A DNA stretch of 59,675 bases, the filler included. It is 9 parts of 9 records of this genome, joined end to end, with 100 filler letters (N's around TTAATTAATTAA, not from the genome) between each part and the next. Parts side by side here need not be neighbours in the genome. Positions count along the whole stretch, not along the records: positions 47,246 to 54,005 come from SRR31156797_93729; positions 54,106 to 59,675 come from SRR31156797_93831; 7 more parts are not named here. One strand, given 5' to 3'. A program made the position numbers and the translations under genes. Position 1 is the first letter of the stretch; every line of letters starts with the position of its first letter. The notes below the pieces were generated by a model. It was not told the origin of the DNA. It saw nothing but the letters and a program-made list of their open reading frames with translations, and ran no database searches. Of this stretch, positions 51,359 through 59,675 are shown piece by piece.

Positions 51359-53892
51359 TGGCCAAAATCATCCCGAAGATCGGCGTGTTCTTCAATGATC
51401 GGGGAGGCCGCCTGAGCGGCTCCCTGGATCTTGAAAATCTTGCCGCCAAAACCGAAAAGGTCAAAGGCGTCAAGCATGTGGCAATTTTAACGGAGTTGTC
51501 CCGAGAAACCTCAATCGAGGTAGTGGAAGCCCAGGTCCGATCCGAAAGTATAGACCGGGTGCTCTGGATCGGTTCGTTCCCTGAAGCTTTCAAGGCTGAG
51601 GCAACGAATTTGCCGGCCGATGTCGGGTTGAACCCTTACATGCATCAATGGTTCGATCCAACGGATCAGGGGCTGCTGGTAAAGGAATCGGATGAAGGCG
51701 TCCGGCAAAAAAAGACCCTGACCCTGATCAAGATGGCCATTGCCCGCACCAAAAGTCTCGCTCCCCTGGAGTCCCTGGAATTGCCCGCCAATGAACGTGT
51801 GGCGATTATCGGCGGGGGAGTGACCGGCCTGCACACAGCTTCCTCGCTTATCAAGGCCGGCAAGCCGGTGACTGTTGTAGAGCAGTCTGCCGGGGTGGGC
51901 GGCAAGGTCGCCCAGTTGGCCCGATTTTATCCACTCATGTGCGATCCGCGTTGCGGCCTGGAACATGTAATGTTCGACCTGTTGGACTCGGAAAATTTTG
52001 ACCTGCGCACACTGTCCAAGGTTGAACGCGTGGACGGCTCGCCCGGCGCCTTTGAGCTGACCGTGCGCACCGCCCCGCGTTACGTCACCAGCGACTGCGA
52101 CGGTTGCGGCTTGTGCCAGGATGTCTGCCCCGTTTCCCTGGACGACACATCGCCTCAACCAGGCTGCAAGCTGCCCGAAGAAGTTCTGGCCGAACTCTGG
52201 GCCGAAAAGAAAGCGGAAGAGGACGAGGAAGAGCAAACGGATCAGCCGTCTAACGCCGACCAGGCTGGAGAAGAACAAAATGCCGAAGCCCCTGGTGATG
52301 ACGCAAAGGCGACTGCTTCCGTTCCTCCGGCCGAGCGCCCGCCGAGGTTCCGCAGGAAAGCCATACACCCGGCTTCGCCCATGCCTCAACCGGCGGCGTA
52401 TGTTGTGGAAAGGGAACACTGCCCCGAGGGCTGCCGGGCCTGCGCCGACATCTGCCCCAGCAAGGCAATCGACCTGGACCAGGAAGAGAAAATTGAAATT
52501 GTCCCGGCCGGAGCCGTAATAGCGGCCACGGGATGGGATATGTACGAACTGGAACGTTTGCAGGATTACGGTTTCGGCAAATATCCGAATGTAATTTCCA
52601 GTTTTGAGATGGAACGCCTGCTGGCTTTTGACGACCCGCACACCGAAAGGGTCGAAGGCTTTTCACCCGCCGAATACAAAACCGTGGGTTTTATCCAGTG
52701 CGCCGGCAGTCGCGACGAACATCACCTTGATTACTGTTCCGGGGTTTGCTGTTCAGCCACACTCAAACAAATCCAGGAGCTTAGGCGCGTCAATCCGGAT
52801 GTAAACTGTTTTGTGTATTACATGGATATACGCACCCCCGGGTTTGACGAACGCCTGTACCATGAAATCCGCGAGGGCGGCAAGGCCGTGTTCATCAAGG
52901 AAAGGCCGGCGCAAGTCGGATTCGACCCGGATAGCGGCAAGGCCGTTATTGAAAGCCTGGACGAGATACTAGGAAAACGGGTGCGGACCGAATTGGATCT
53001 GCTTGTGCTTGCCGGCGGCATGAAGCCTTCACATGGCGGGATCGAGGCCGGAAAAGTGCTGGGCATGCCCGTTGACCCATATGGATTCTTTGAGTCGCAC
53101 AAGCAGTGTTATCCAGCCGAAAGTCAGCGTACCGGAATATTCGCGGCCGGATGCGCCCGGGAGCCCATGAACGTCTCCCAGTCAGTGGAATCAGGAACAG
53201 CCGCTGCCATGCGCGCCATGCCGTTTCTGGAAGAGACCCTGATTGTCGAACCGACTTACCCGGAAGTCAGCGAGAAAAAATGCGACTCCTGCGGCCGCTG
53301 CGTGGAAGAATGTCCGTTCGCGGTGCTGACCTATGATGAAAAGGAAATCCCGGTTCCAGACCTGGCCAGATGCCGACAGTGCGGCAACTGCATGGGCATC
53401 TGCCCCAAGATAGCGGTCAACCTGAGAAACAGCACCATCAAGCAGTATGCATCGCAAATTGAAGTGCTCTCGGAAAGCGGTTTTATGCCAAAAAAGGAGC
53501 CGGTCATCTGCGCCTTTTTATGTGAAAACGACGCCTGGCTGGCCCATTGCTCGGCCCAAAGACAGGGGCTTGTACCGGACGGGGTCGTCGCCTTGAGCGT
53601 ACCTTGCGCCGGGTCGGTTAATAACGCCCTGATAGCCGACGCCTTATCTTACGGCATTGACGGCGTATACATCGGCGCCTGCCCTGACGGGACCTGTCAT
53701 TACGTAAGAGGCAATGAGCTCATTCGTAAACGTCGGGACGACCTGGCGGATAAGCTGAAAAACATGTCCATGGAGCCGGAACGTGTAACGTTTGAAGGCA
53801 TCGGCCCCAGGGATGCGGCCCGCTATTCTGAAACTCTTAAGGACTACGTCGCCTTTTTAAAAGAGATTGGCCCGAATCCATTCAAGATGTAA
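51358..53892 (+). CDS. QmoB-like HdrA-family flavo-Fe-S protein with a C-terminal MvhD/FlpD domain
   Basis: IGGGVTG, IQCAGSRD..HLDYCSGVCC, YYMDIRTPG, GIFAAGC, CDSCGRCVEECPF, CRQCGNCMGICP, LCENDA...VPCAGSVN...CHYVRGNEL, IGPNPFK. The start overlaps the aprB stop (TAATG). Confidence 0.85.
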   Translation: MAKIIPKIGVFFNDRGGRLSGSLDLENLAAKTEKVKGVKHVAILTELSRETSIEVVEAQVRSESIDRVLWIGSFPEAFKAEATNLPADVGLNPYMHQWFDPTDQGLLVKESDEGVRQKKTLTLIKMAIARTKSLAPLESLELPANERVAIIGGGVTGLHTASSLIKAGKPVTVVEQSAGVGGKVAQLARFYPLMCDPRCGLEHVMFDLLDSENFDLRTLSKVERVDGSPGAFELTVRTAPRYVTSDCDGCGLCQDVCPVSLDDTSPQPGCKLPEEVLAELWAEKKAEEDEEEQTDQPSNADQAGEEQNAEAPGDDAKATASVPPAERPPRFRRKAIHPASPMPQPAAYVVEREHCPEGCRACADICPSKAIDLDQEEKIEIVPAGAVIAATGWDMYELERLQDYGFGKYPNVISSFEMERLLAFDDPHTERVEGFSPAEYKTVGFIQCAGSRDEHHLDYCSGVCCSATLKQIQELRRVNPDVNCFVYYMDIRTPGFDERLYHEIREGGKAVFIKERPAQVGFDPDSGKAVIESLDEILGKRVRTELDLLVLAGGMKPSHGGIEAGKVLGMPVDPYGFFESHKQCYPAESQRTGIFAAGCAREPMNVSQSVESGTAAAMRAMPFLEETLIVEPTYPEVSEKKCDSCGRCVEECPFAVLTYDEKEIPVPDLARCRQCGNCMGICPKIAVNLRNSTIKQYASQIEVLSESGFMPKKEPVICAFLCENDAWLAHCSAQRQGLVPDGVVALSVPCAGSVNNALIADALSYGIDGVYIGACPDGTCHYVRGNELIRKRRDDLADKLKNMSMEPERVTFEGIGPRDAARYSETLKDYVAFLKEIGPNPFKM

Positions 53893-53919
53893 TTTTACGA
53901 TTTGAATACAAAATATTAC

Positions 53920-53954
53920 AAAGGCCCCGGATATCGATTCGGGGCCTTTTTTTT
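53920..53954 (+). terminator. Rho-independent terminator ending the aprAB-qmoB-like unit
   Basis: AAAGGCCCCG...CGGGGCCTTT stem followed by a T-run. Confidence 0.9.
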
Positions 53955-53977
53955 GTTTTATATAATCAGGTTTGAAT

Positions 53978-54005
53978 GTTGGGTTACGCTGCGCTAACCC
54001 AACCT
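53978..54005 (-). repeat. GTAG-family REP element, truncated at the contig end
   Basis: Reverse complement AGGTTGGGTTAGCGCAGCGTAACCCAAC has a 9-bp stem and matches the (GT)AGGTTGGGTTAG...TAACCCAAC REP pattern. Confidence 0.7.
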
Positions 54006-54105
54006 NNNNNNNNNNNNNNNNNNNNNNNNNNNNNNNNNNNNNNNNNNNNTTAATTAATTAANNNNNNNNNNNNNNNNNNNNNNNNNNNNNNNNNNNNNNN
54101 NNNNN
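54006..54105. other. Artificial contig spacer
   Basis: N-run, TTAATTAATTAA, N-run. Confidence 0.99.
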
Positions 54106-54260
54106 GTAATGGCAAAGAGGGAGAATCCCGTTCCGGCAACAAGCGCGGCGGCAAAACCACCACCGGGGGCATGGTGGCCGCGAAAAAGCAGATAAACGGA
54201 AAAGACCAGGATCAGTCCTGCCAGCATTTTTGTGGCAACCCGAAGAATAAAAGAGCCCAT
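54106..54260 (-). CDS. mrpB: Mrp/Mnh Na+/H+ antiporter subunit B (3' truncated)
   Basis: SVYLLFRGHHAPGGGFAAAL. Confidence 0.92.
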
Positions 54261-54264
54261 GGTT

Positions 54265-56535
54265 TTACTCCCCCCTTCTCTTTAAAAGCAGGGCCACACC
54301 AGCCAGACCCGCCGTTGCGACGACGGTGATTTCACCCAAGGTGTCCAGGCTGCGAAAATCCACAAGGATAACATTGACGATATTCCTTCCGTGGGCTGCA
54401 AGGGCGCTGTGTTGTTCAAAAAAATCGGTCAACTGCCGATCGAGAGGTCCCCGTGTCGTGGCCAGGGAAAGTGCGGCGATCAAAGCGCCTGTGCTGACTG
54501 CCACCAGGAGATTCACCCCTTTTGTTCCCCACTGTTCGACCTGGACACAAGACAGCGGTGGGAGACGCAAAAGGATGATCGATACAATGATCAGGGTCAA
54601 TGTTTCTACCAACAACTGGGTCAGCGCCAGATCCGGCGCACCGTACATCAGGAAAATCAGTGCGGCACCGGAACCCACCATGCCCAGGGCGCCTACCGCC
54701 AGAATGCGGGAGCGGGCGGTGACCACGACGCCGATTGCAGCGGTCATCAAGGCAGCCAGCAGCCAATGGGAAAAGGGGAGAGACGGCAGTTGCGGCAGGT
54801 GGATTCCACTGTCGGTGTTGACGATCCATATTCCCAGCGTTGCCAGGGTGAATGTGCAAATGATCGTCAGCAAATACCTGTGCAACGATCCGTTTTGAAG
54901 CTGTCGGGTCACCCGAACCGACATTTCGGCAAATCCGTGCAGTCCGGCCCCATAGGCATCATCGGCCGTAAACGGGAGCACCGCCATTGAGGTTGTGATA
55001 CGTCGAGCAAAAGGGCTTCGAAAAATATAGACGATCATGCCCAATGTCAGGGTAACGATGCTCAGGACCAGCGGTGCGTTGAATCCGTGAAAAATGGCAA
55101 AATGAATCTGATTGCCGTCCGGGTAAAAAGCGTGAACCGCCGGTTGAATCATCGTATGGGATACCCACCAGGGAATGAGGCCGAACAACAGGCACAGTCC
55201 CCCCATAAAACCGGGGCCCAAGAGCATGGTCCAGTGGGGCTCATGGACCCGTACCAGATGCTCCGGCCGTTTTCCTGTAAATGGTCCAAGCAGTAAAGAG
55301 CCGGCGACAGCCGTCATCAAGGCGTTGGCCACTACCGCAACGGTGGTGGCGAAATAGGGATAGGTCTCCTCGGCAAGCGCTCCTTCGTACATGACCTCTT
55401 TGCCGATGAACCCGAAAAAAAGAGGAAAACCGGCCATGGACATGGTTGCGGCGGCCACTGCAAGGGCCGTCACCGGCATGTTTCGCCCCAATCCGCTGAG
55501 GCGATTGCGGTTTCTTGTTCCGGTTTCGTGGTCGATGCTCCCCACGGCCAGAAACAGGGCCGCTTTGTACAGTGCGTGAACCAGCAGAAAGGTGGCGGCG
55601 GCGGTAAGGGATGCCGCATTGTCACCGCCGATAAACATCGTTAGAACGCCCAGGCCCATAATGGTGGTATAAGCAAGCACCTTTTTCAGGTCGTTCGGCC
55701 TCAATGCTTGAATCGCTCCCCATAGTGCCGTTGTGCCGCCGATCAGCACCAGGCTGCCCATCCACAATGTCGTTCCGCCTAAAAGCGGATGCAGTCGCAT
55801 GAGCAGATAGATTCCCGCTTTGACCATGGTGGCGGCATGGAGAAAGGCACTGATTGGCGTGGGCGCGCTCATGGCATTGGGAAGCCAGAAATGAAAGGGT
55901 ACCTGGGCGGATTTGGTCATGGTGCCCAGCAGCATCAACATCAGGAGGAGGGGGTAAAACCGGTGCTGGCGGATCGAATCCGCTCCCTCCATCCAATCAC
56001 TGAGGATAAAAGATCCTCCGGCCGCTTTCAGCAAAAGGATCCCCATGAGCAGCGCAAGACCGCCTCCTCCGGTAATCAGGAGTCCCTGGCGGGCATTGTC
56101 CCTTGCCGAGGATGATTCGTGGTCAAAGCCGATCAGGAGGTAGGAGAGTATCGTGGTGCCTTCCCAAAAAATGAACATCAGCAGGAGATTGTTTGCCGTT
56201 ACGATGCCCAGCATGGACAGCATGAATGCTTGCAGAAAAATAAAGAAACGGCCCCTCTTTTCGTTTGAGGCCATGTAGGAGGCAGCGTAGAGTGTAACGA
56301 AAAAACCGACACCTGTGATGATCAAGCCAAACAAAAGCCCAAGCCCATCCAGGCGAAAGTGAAGATAAAGATCGACGCTTGGCATCCAGGACCAACATAC
56401 CTGGAACGTTTCTCCTCTGATTACTGCGGGCCACAGGGTGCACAGGCCGAAAAACGCAAGCAGGGGCAACGTGGCTGCAACCAGCCCTTCGGTACAAGTT
56501 CCGGTCGTGTGGGCTTGTGGGTCCGATTTCGCCAT
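54265..56535 (-). CDS. mrpA: Mrp/Mnh Na+/H+ antiporter subunit A (MbhE-like)
   Basis: FWEGTT, TKSAQVPFHFWLPNAMSAPTPISAFLHAATMVKAG, APDLALTQ, NIVNVILVDFRSLDTLGE. Confidence 0.95.
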   Translation of the reverse strand: MAKSDPQAHTTGTCTEGLVAATLPLLAFFGLCTLWPAVIRGETFQVCWSWMPSVDLYLHFRLDGLGLLFGLIITGVGFFVTLYAASYMASNEKRGRFFIFLQAFMLSMLGIVTANNLLLMFIFWEGTTILSYLLIGFDHESSSARDNARQGLLITGGGGLALLMGILLLKAAGGSFILSDWMEGADSIRQHRFYPLLLMLMLLGTMTKSAQVPFHFWLPNAMSAPTPISAFLHAATMVKAGIYLLMRLHPLLGGTTLWMGSLVLIGGTTALWGAIQALRPNDLKKVLAYTTIMGLGVLTMFIGGDNAASLTAAATFLLVHALYKAALFLAVGSIDHETGTRNRNRLSGLGRNMPVTALAVAAATMSMAGFPLFFGFIGKEVMYEGALAEETYPYFATTVAVVANALMTAVAGSLLLGPFTGKRPEHLVRVHEPHWTMLLGPGFMGGLCLLFGLIPWWVSHTMIQPAVHAFYPDGNQIHFAIFHGFNAPLVLSIVTLTLGMIVYIFRSPFARRITTSMAVLPFTADDAYGAGLHGFAEMSVRVTRQLQNGSLHRYLLTIICTFTLATLGIWIVNTDSGIHLPQLPSLPFSHWLLAALMTAAIGVVVTARSRILAVGALGMVGSGAALIFLMYGAPDLALTQLLVETLTLIIVSIILLRLPPLSCVQVEQWGTKGVNLLVAVSTGALIAALSLATTRGPLDRQLTDFFEQHSALAAHGRNIVNVILVDFRSLDTLGEITVVATAGLAGVALLLKRRGE

Positions 56536-56542
56536 AGCCGTT

Positions 56543-57373
56543 CTATTGGGACAGGAAAAGGGGGCGGTCCGCCGATTTGATGGTTTCGAGCACGGTGTCG
56601 CCGATCAGTTGCTTGAGAAGTGTCTTATGGACACTGTTGCCCATCACGACCAGATCGGCATCGATCTCTTTTGCAAACGGCATCAAATCGGTCCGTGGCT
56701 GCCCACTTATCAGGTCTGTTTTTGCGTCGAAGCCGTGAGCCCTGCAAAAATCGGCGGCATTTTCAACGAGAAAGGGCTCACTGTTGCCGCGTTCCTTGAA
56801 ATGAACGATGTGCAGCGTTACGTCCGGCCACGGTTTCAAATGGAGGAAATGGCGAATCGCTTTGGCCGATTCCATGGATCCGCTGTAGGCAATCAGCGCT
56901 TTTTTAATGGGGCGGTATGTGTCGGCGACTGCCAGGATGGGCCGGACCCCTTGCGTGACCAGTTTGATGATCGCCTTGTCTGGATCGGAAACGAAACCGT
57001 AGTCGAATACGCTGCGCAATCCGAAGATGGTCAGGTCGTTGTACCGCGCTTCAGCGATCATTGCGGTAAAGGGATCCTTCTGCTCGTATTCGATGCGACG
57101 GCATACCACCTGTTGGGAGTTACAGCTTTGTTTAAACGCTTCGATCGCTTTCTCGATGCCTTCCCGGGTGACCTGCTCTTTTCGTTCCCGCATTTTTTTG
57201 GCATAGTAGCCGCCCCCCGCGGGAACGGGGCCCGTTTTTCCCAATTTGCCGATATCTACAACAGTGACACCGGTGGTCTGGGCCTCATGGATGGAGGCCA
57301 GTTTGGTGGCGCACTGGGTGCTTACTGTTGTAAATGGGGTTCCGCCTAATCCGACCAATATTCTTTTAATCAT
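56543..57373 (-). CDS. Tandem-domain universal stress protein
   Basis: IKRILVGL, DLTIFG, ALIAYSGS, DLVVMG...LIGDTV...RPLFL. Confidence 0.88.
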   Translation of the reverse strand: MIKRILVGLGGTPFTTVSTQCATKLASIHEAQTTGVTVVDIGKLGKTGPVPAGGGYYAKKMRERKEQVTREGIEKAIEAFKQSCNSQQVVCRRIEYEQKDPFTAMIAEARYNDLTIFGLRSVFDYGFVSDPDKAIIKLVTQGVRPILAVADTYRPIKKALIAYSGSMESAKAIRHFLHLKPWPDVTLHIVHFKERGNSEPFLVENAADFCRAHGFDAKTDLISGQPRTDLMPFAKEIDADLVVMGNSVHKTLLKQLIGDTVLETIKSADRPLFLSQ

Positions 57374-57672
57374 AGCTCAGACCTCCTATGGTGGCGTGGT
57401 TCCGAACATCTTTGCCGCCAGATTGAAAATATCTTCGGGGGCATCAAGCAACTTCGATTCGGAAAGTTTCTCACACCGGGGGGATCCGGAAGATCGACTT
57501 TCTCATGGGGAGATTGGGAGCACTCTTATACGCTGTATCAAGTTGAGCCTTTGAGGCAAAGAATCAACAGGGATACAAGAACCTTTGAAATTTTAAAACA
57601 TGTTGTTACCAATGTGCGGCATCTATCCTTCGATGTCAAGATCTATAGATGATCCCATAAAACCATTCCCAG

Positions 57673-58605
57673 TTACGGTACTACCCAAAGGGCCATATTT
57701 TCTGCACGTTGGAAAACGCCTCGAGATACACTGCCAAAAAAGGAGTTTTTTCCTCTTCCGCGCCGGCCCATAACGATAGTTCCAAAGCCATTGGACTCAG
57801 CGTAGCGTGTGATCGCTCTGGAAATCGATATTTTCCCGTCTAGGGTGTCCCATTCCATTTTGCCAGGATCCATCCCATTTTTTTGCAGCACCGTAATGGC
57901 TTGGCTATAGAAGTTCTCCATACAGAGTTGGTCGTCATTCCAGAGAACCGATTGTGCAGCTTCGGCTTCGGCTTCGTCAATATTGATTTCGCAATAATCC
58001 TTAAGAAGAGGTCGTATATGAACCAGTCTGATCGTTGCCGACGGTTGACCTGACAGAATAAAAGATAAATGATCCAATGCCCGAAGAGACGATTGACTGC
58101 CGTCCGCCGCAAAGAGAATATCACCGGAACAGGCCTTTCCATCCACGACCCAGATCGGTATCACCTGAGAATGTTCAAGGAGATTTGACGTGACACTGCC
58201 CACGAACCATTGCTTCAGGTAAGATGCCCCGCGCCGGCCGACGAGAATGGCATCCACCATTTTCACCGATGCGTATGCCAGGATATCATCCGCCACGCCC
58301 TTGACTCTGGGCAGTGACATTTTTAAGATCGCTGATTCGTCCACCCCTTCTGAAATCATCCGCTGTGCAGCCTTCTCCAGCAACTCTTCTGACTTTTTCT
58401 CATTTTCCGAAGCGGTTTTCTCGAGAGCGCGTCTTGCACTCGGTTTGTGTATCGCATCGTCCATTAGATACGTAGAAATCGCTGGTTGGACATGGAACAA
58501 GGTAAAAGTGACGGGACCGATTGTTTTGGCAATTTGGGAAGCATACGTAGCGATTTCAATCGACATTCTCGAATGATCGATTGCAATTAAAATGCTTTTT
58601 TCCAT
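57673..58605 (-). CDS. Tandem-domain universal stress protein
   Basis: ILIAIDHS, VGRRG...VGSVT, AADGS, VMGRRG...FGSVS. Confidence 0.9.
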   Translation of the reverse strand: MEKSILIAIDHSRMSIEIATYASQIAKTIGPVTFTLFHVQPAISTYLMDDAIHKPSARRALEKTASENEKKSEELLEKAAQRMISEGVDESAILKMSLPRVKGVADDILAYASVKMVDAILVGRRGASYLKQWFVGSVTSNLLEHSQVIPIWVVDGKACSGDILFAADGSQSSLRALDHLSFILSGQPSATIRLVHIRPLLKDYCEINIDEAEAEAAQSVLWNDDQLCMENFYSQAITVLQKNGMDPGKMEWDTLDGKISISRAITRYAESNGFGTIVMGRRGRGKNSFFGSVSRGVFQRAENMALWVVP

Positions 58606-58771
58606 GGCAATTGATTTTTTTCTCGTTGCTATCGATTGATTTCATTTTCGATGGCACCCTTCGAAGATGACGCCACCGCCTCTCCTAAGTTGCGGCGAAA
58701 ATCCTCTGCTCAATGAAAAAGGGCGCCATACCATCGGCAAAAAAGTTGATTCTGTTCCTGTTTCTCATCCC

Positions 58772-59386
58772 TTATTCTGAAGGCGTTGCAACCGTTTCGT
58801 CAGATTGATTGCGTATGACCTGGTACAGCAGCCAAAGAGAGAAACCCAGAGCAATCAGTTCTACGCTGTGAGAAAACAAAAGGAATTTCAGATTGGCCGC
58901 ATCGATCGCCGAAAGGGCCGCTTCGGGATTGCTTCCGCCGGCCATTGAAAACTGGATGTCGGTTTTTGGCTGGGTCAGCAAGACCATTAGAAAATGTCGC
59001 GCTTCCCCCATCATCGAAATCATCGATAAAAAAATACTTGTATAACCGGCACCCAGACCAATCCAAAGCATCCTTACTATCGATTTTTTGGTGGGACGTC
59101 GTTGCGGATCGGCAATGCGCATTCCCATCCGGGTATATCGATAGAACCAATAGGTGGTAAACAGCACCAGCACCAAATTGCCCATACTGACGGTATCACC
59201 GATATCAATGGCTTTCCGCAGCGGTATGTCGGATCCCCCTATCAATCGGACATAGATCAGAATGATCAGAGAAACGGAAACCATTGCCAACTGCAGCCAA
59301 AAGCCAATCCAGCCGTATCGGGAAAATTGTTTGGCCAATTTATCGGGTTTTGAGGGCTGCCACGGTGAATTTTGTTCTTTTTTCAT
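58772..59386 (-). CDS. DUF3611-like (PIC1/TIC21-related) membrane protein
   Basis: FSRYGWIGFWLQL N-terminal motif, about 4 TM helices, LLTQP, SAID, SLWLL; GGAG RBS before MKKEQ. Confidence 0.65.
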   Translation of the reverse strand: MKKEQNSPWQPSKPDKLAKQFSRYGWIGFWLQLAMVSVSLIILIYVRLIGGSDIPLRKAIDIGDTVSMGNLVLVLFTTYWFYRYTRMGMRIADPQRRPTKKSIVRMLWIGLGAGYTSIFLSMISMMGEARHFLMVLLTQPKTDIQFSMAGGSNPEAALSAIDAANLKFLLFSHSVELIALGFSLWLLYQVIRNQSDETVATPSE

Positions 59387-59456
59387 AGGTAATCTCCGTC
59401 GAAAGTAAAAGAGAAAAGGGTGCATTGTGTACAAATGGAGTTGAACTTTAGCATCT

Positions 59457-59675
59457 TTACAACCGAAATGCCATCCAGACAATAGCGGTTGGCAACAAGG
59501 CTCCCGCAAGCAGCTTTAGGGGAGAGACGCCATCGGTAAAGTGTTTTTTAAGAATCGATACACCCGCAGGATTGGGGGCGTTGGCGATGACGGTGAGGCC
59601 ACCACCGGAAACCGCACCGGCAACGATGACATATTTCAACTCGGTGGTGAGGTCGGGTACCAGTGTGGCCAGAAA
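59457..59675 (-). CDS. Putative Na+/H+ antiporter (DUF1504-type), C-terminal fragment
   Basis: KYVIVAGAVSGGGLTVIANAPNPAG signature. Confidence 0.85.
   Translation of the reverse strand, partial: FLATLVPDLTTELKYVIVAGAVSGGGLTVIANAPNPAGVSILKKHFTDGVSPLKLLAGALLPTAIVWMAFRL

Noticed and set aside
51511-52641. 376-aa minus-strand ORF
   Set aside because: Antisense to the QmoB-like gene; expected in GC-rich coding DNA.
56438-57349. 303-aa plus-strand ORF
   Set aside because: Antisense shadow of a clear tandem-USP gene, with no recognisable motifs.

Overview
This window is not one continuous locus. It is nine unrelated contigs joined by eight artificial 100-nt spacers (N-run + TTAATTAATTAA + N-run), so adjacency across a spacer means nothing. 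Base composition and gene content suggest a metagenome-like mix of anaerobes; taxonomic hints are inference only. Contig 1 (1-5998, AT-rich): beta-mannan/glucomannan oligosaccharide locus (ABC permeases, GH130 phosphorylase, GH1 GmuD-like enzyme, ROK kinase). Contig 2 (6099-12993): tRNA-Trp-secE-nusG-rplKAJL-rpoB. Contig 3 (13094-20118, Desulfovibrionaceae-like): tRNA-Ser, Fur, two PilZ proteins, HAD phosphatase, an output-less PAS/GAF protein, and a FadR/GntR regulator with several operator boxes upstream of unknown genes. Contig 4 (20219-30212): cbiQO, HDOD, GIY-YIG, mlaEFDCA, exeAB, M23 peptidase. Contig 5 (30313-36456): AT-rich REase-NACHT (candidate antiphage) gene, two LysR regulators, a frameshifted AraC/GlxA fragment. 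Contig 6 (36557-41829): NitT/TauT ABC transporter overlapping a large orphan protein that ends in a probable histidine-kinase H-box, plus an IS200/IS605 end. Contig 7 (41930-47145): ectoine-type TRAP operon (teaABCD, eutB) whose large permease carries an N-terminal Ig-like domain. Contig 8 (47246-54005): non-canonical APS-reductase-like aprA-aprB plus a single QmoB-like gene, divergent from a membrane Fe-S protein with a CxxCH heme motif. Contig 9 (54106-59675): Mrp antiporter start, two tandem-USP proteins, a DUF3611 (PIC1/TIC21-like) protein and a putative Na+/H+ antiporter. The best candidates for undescribed biology are contig 8, the Ig-TRAP fusion and the ABC-kinase locus. All protein calls come from recalled motifs, not from database searches.
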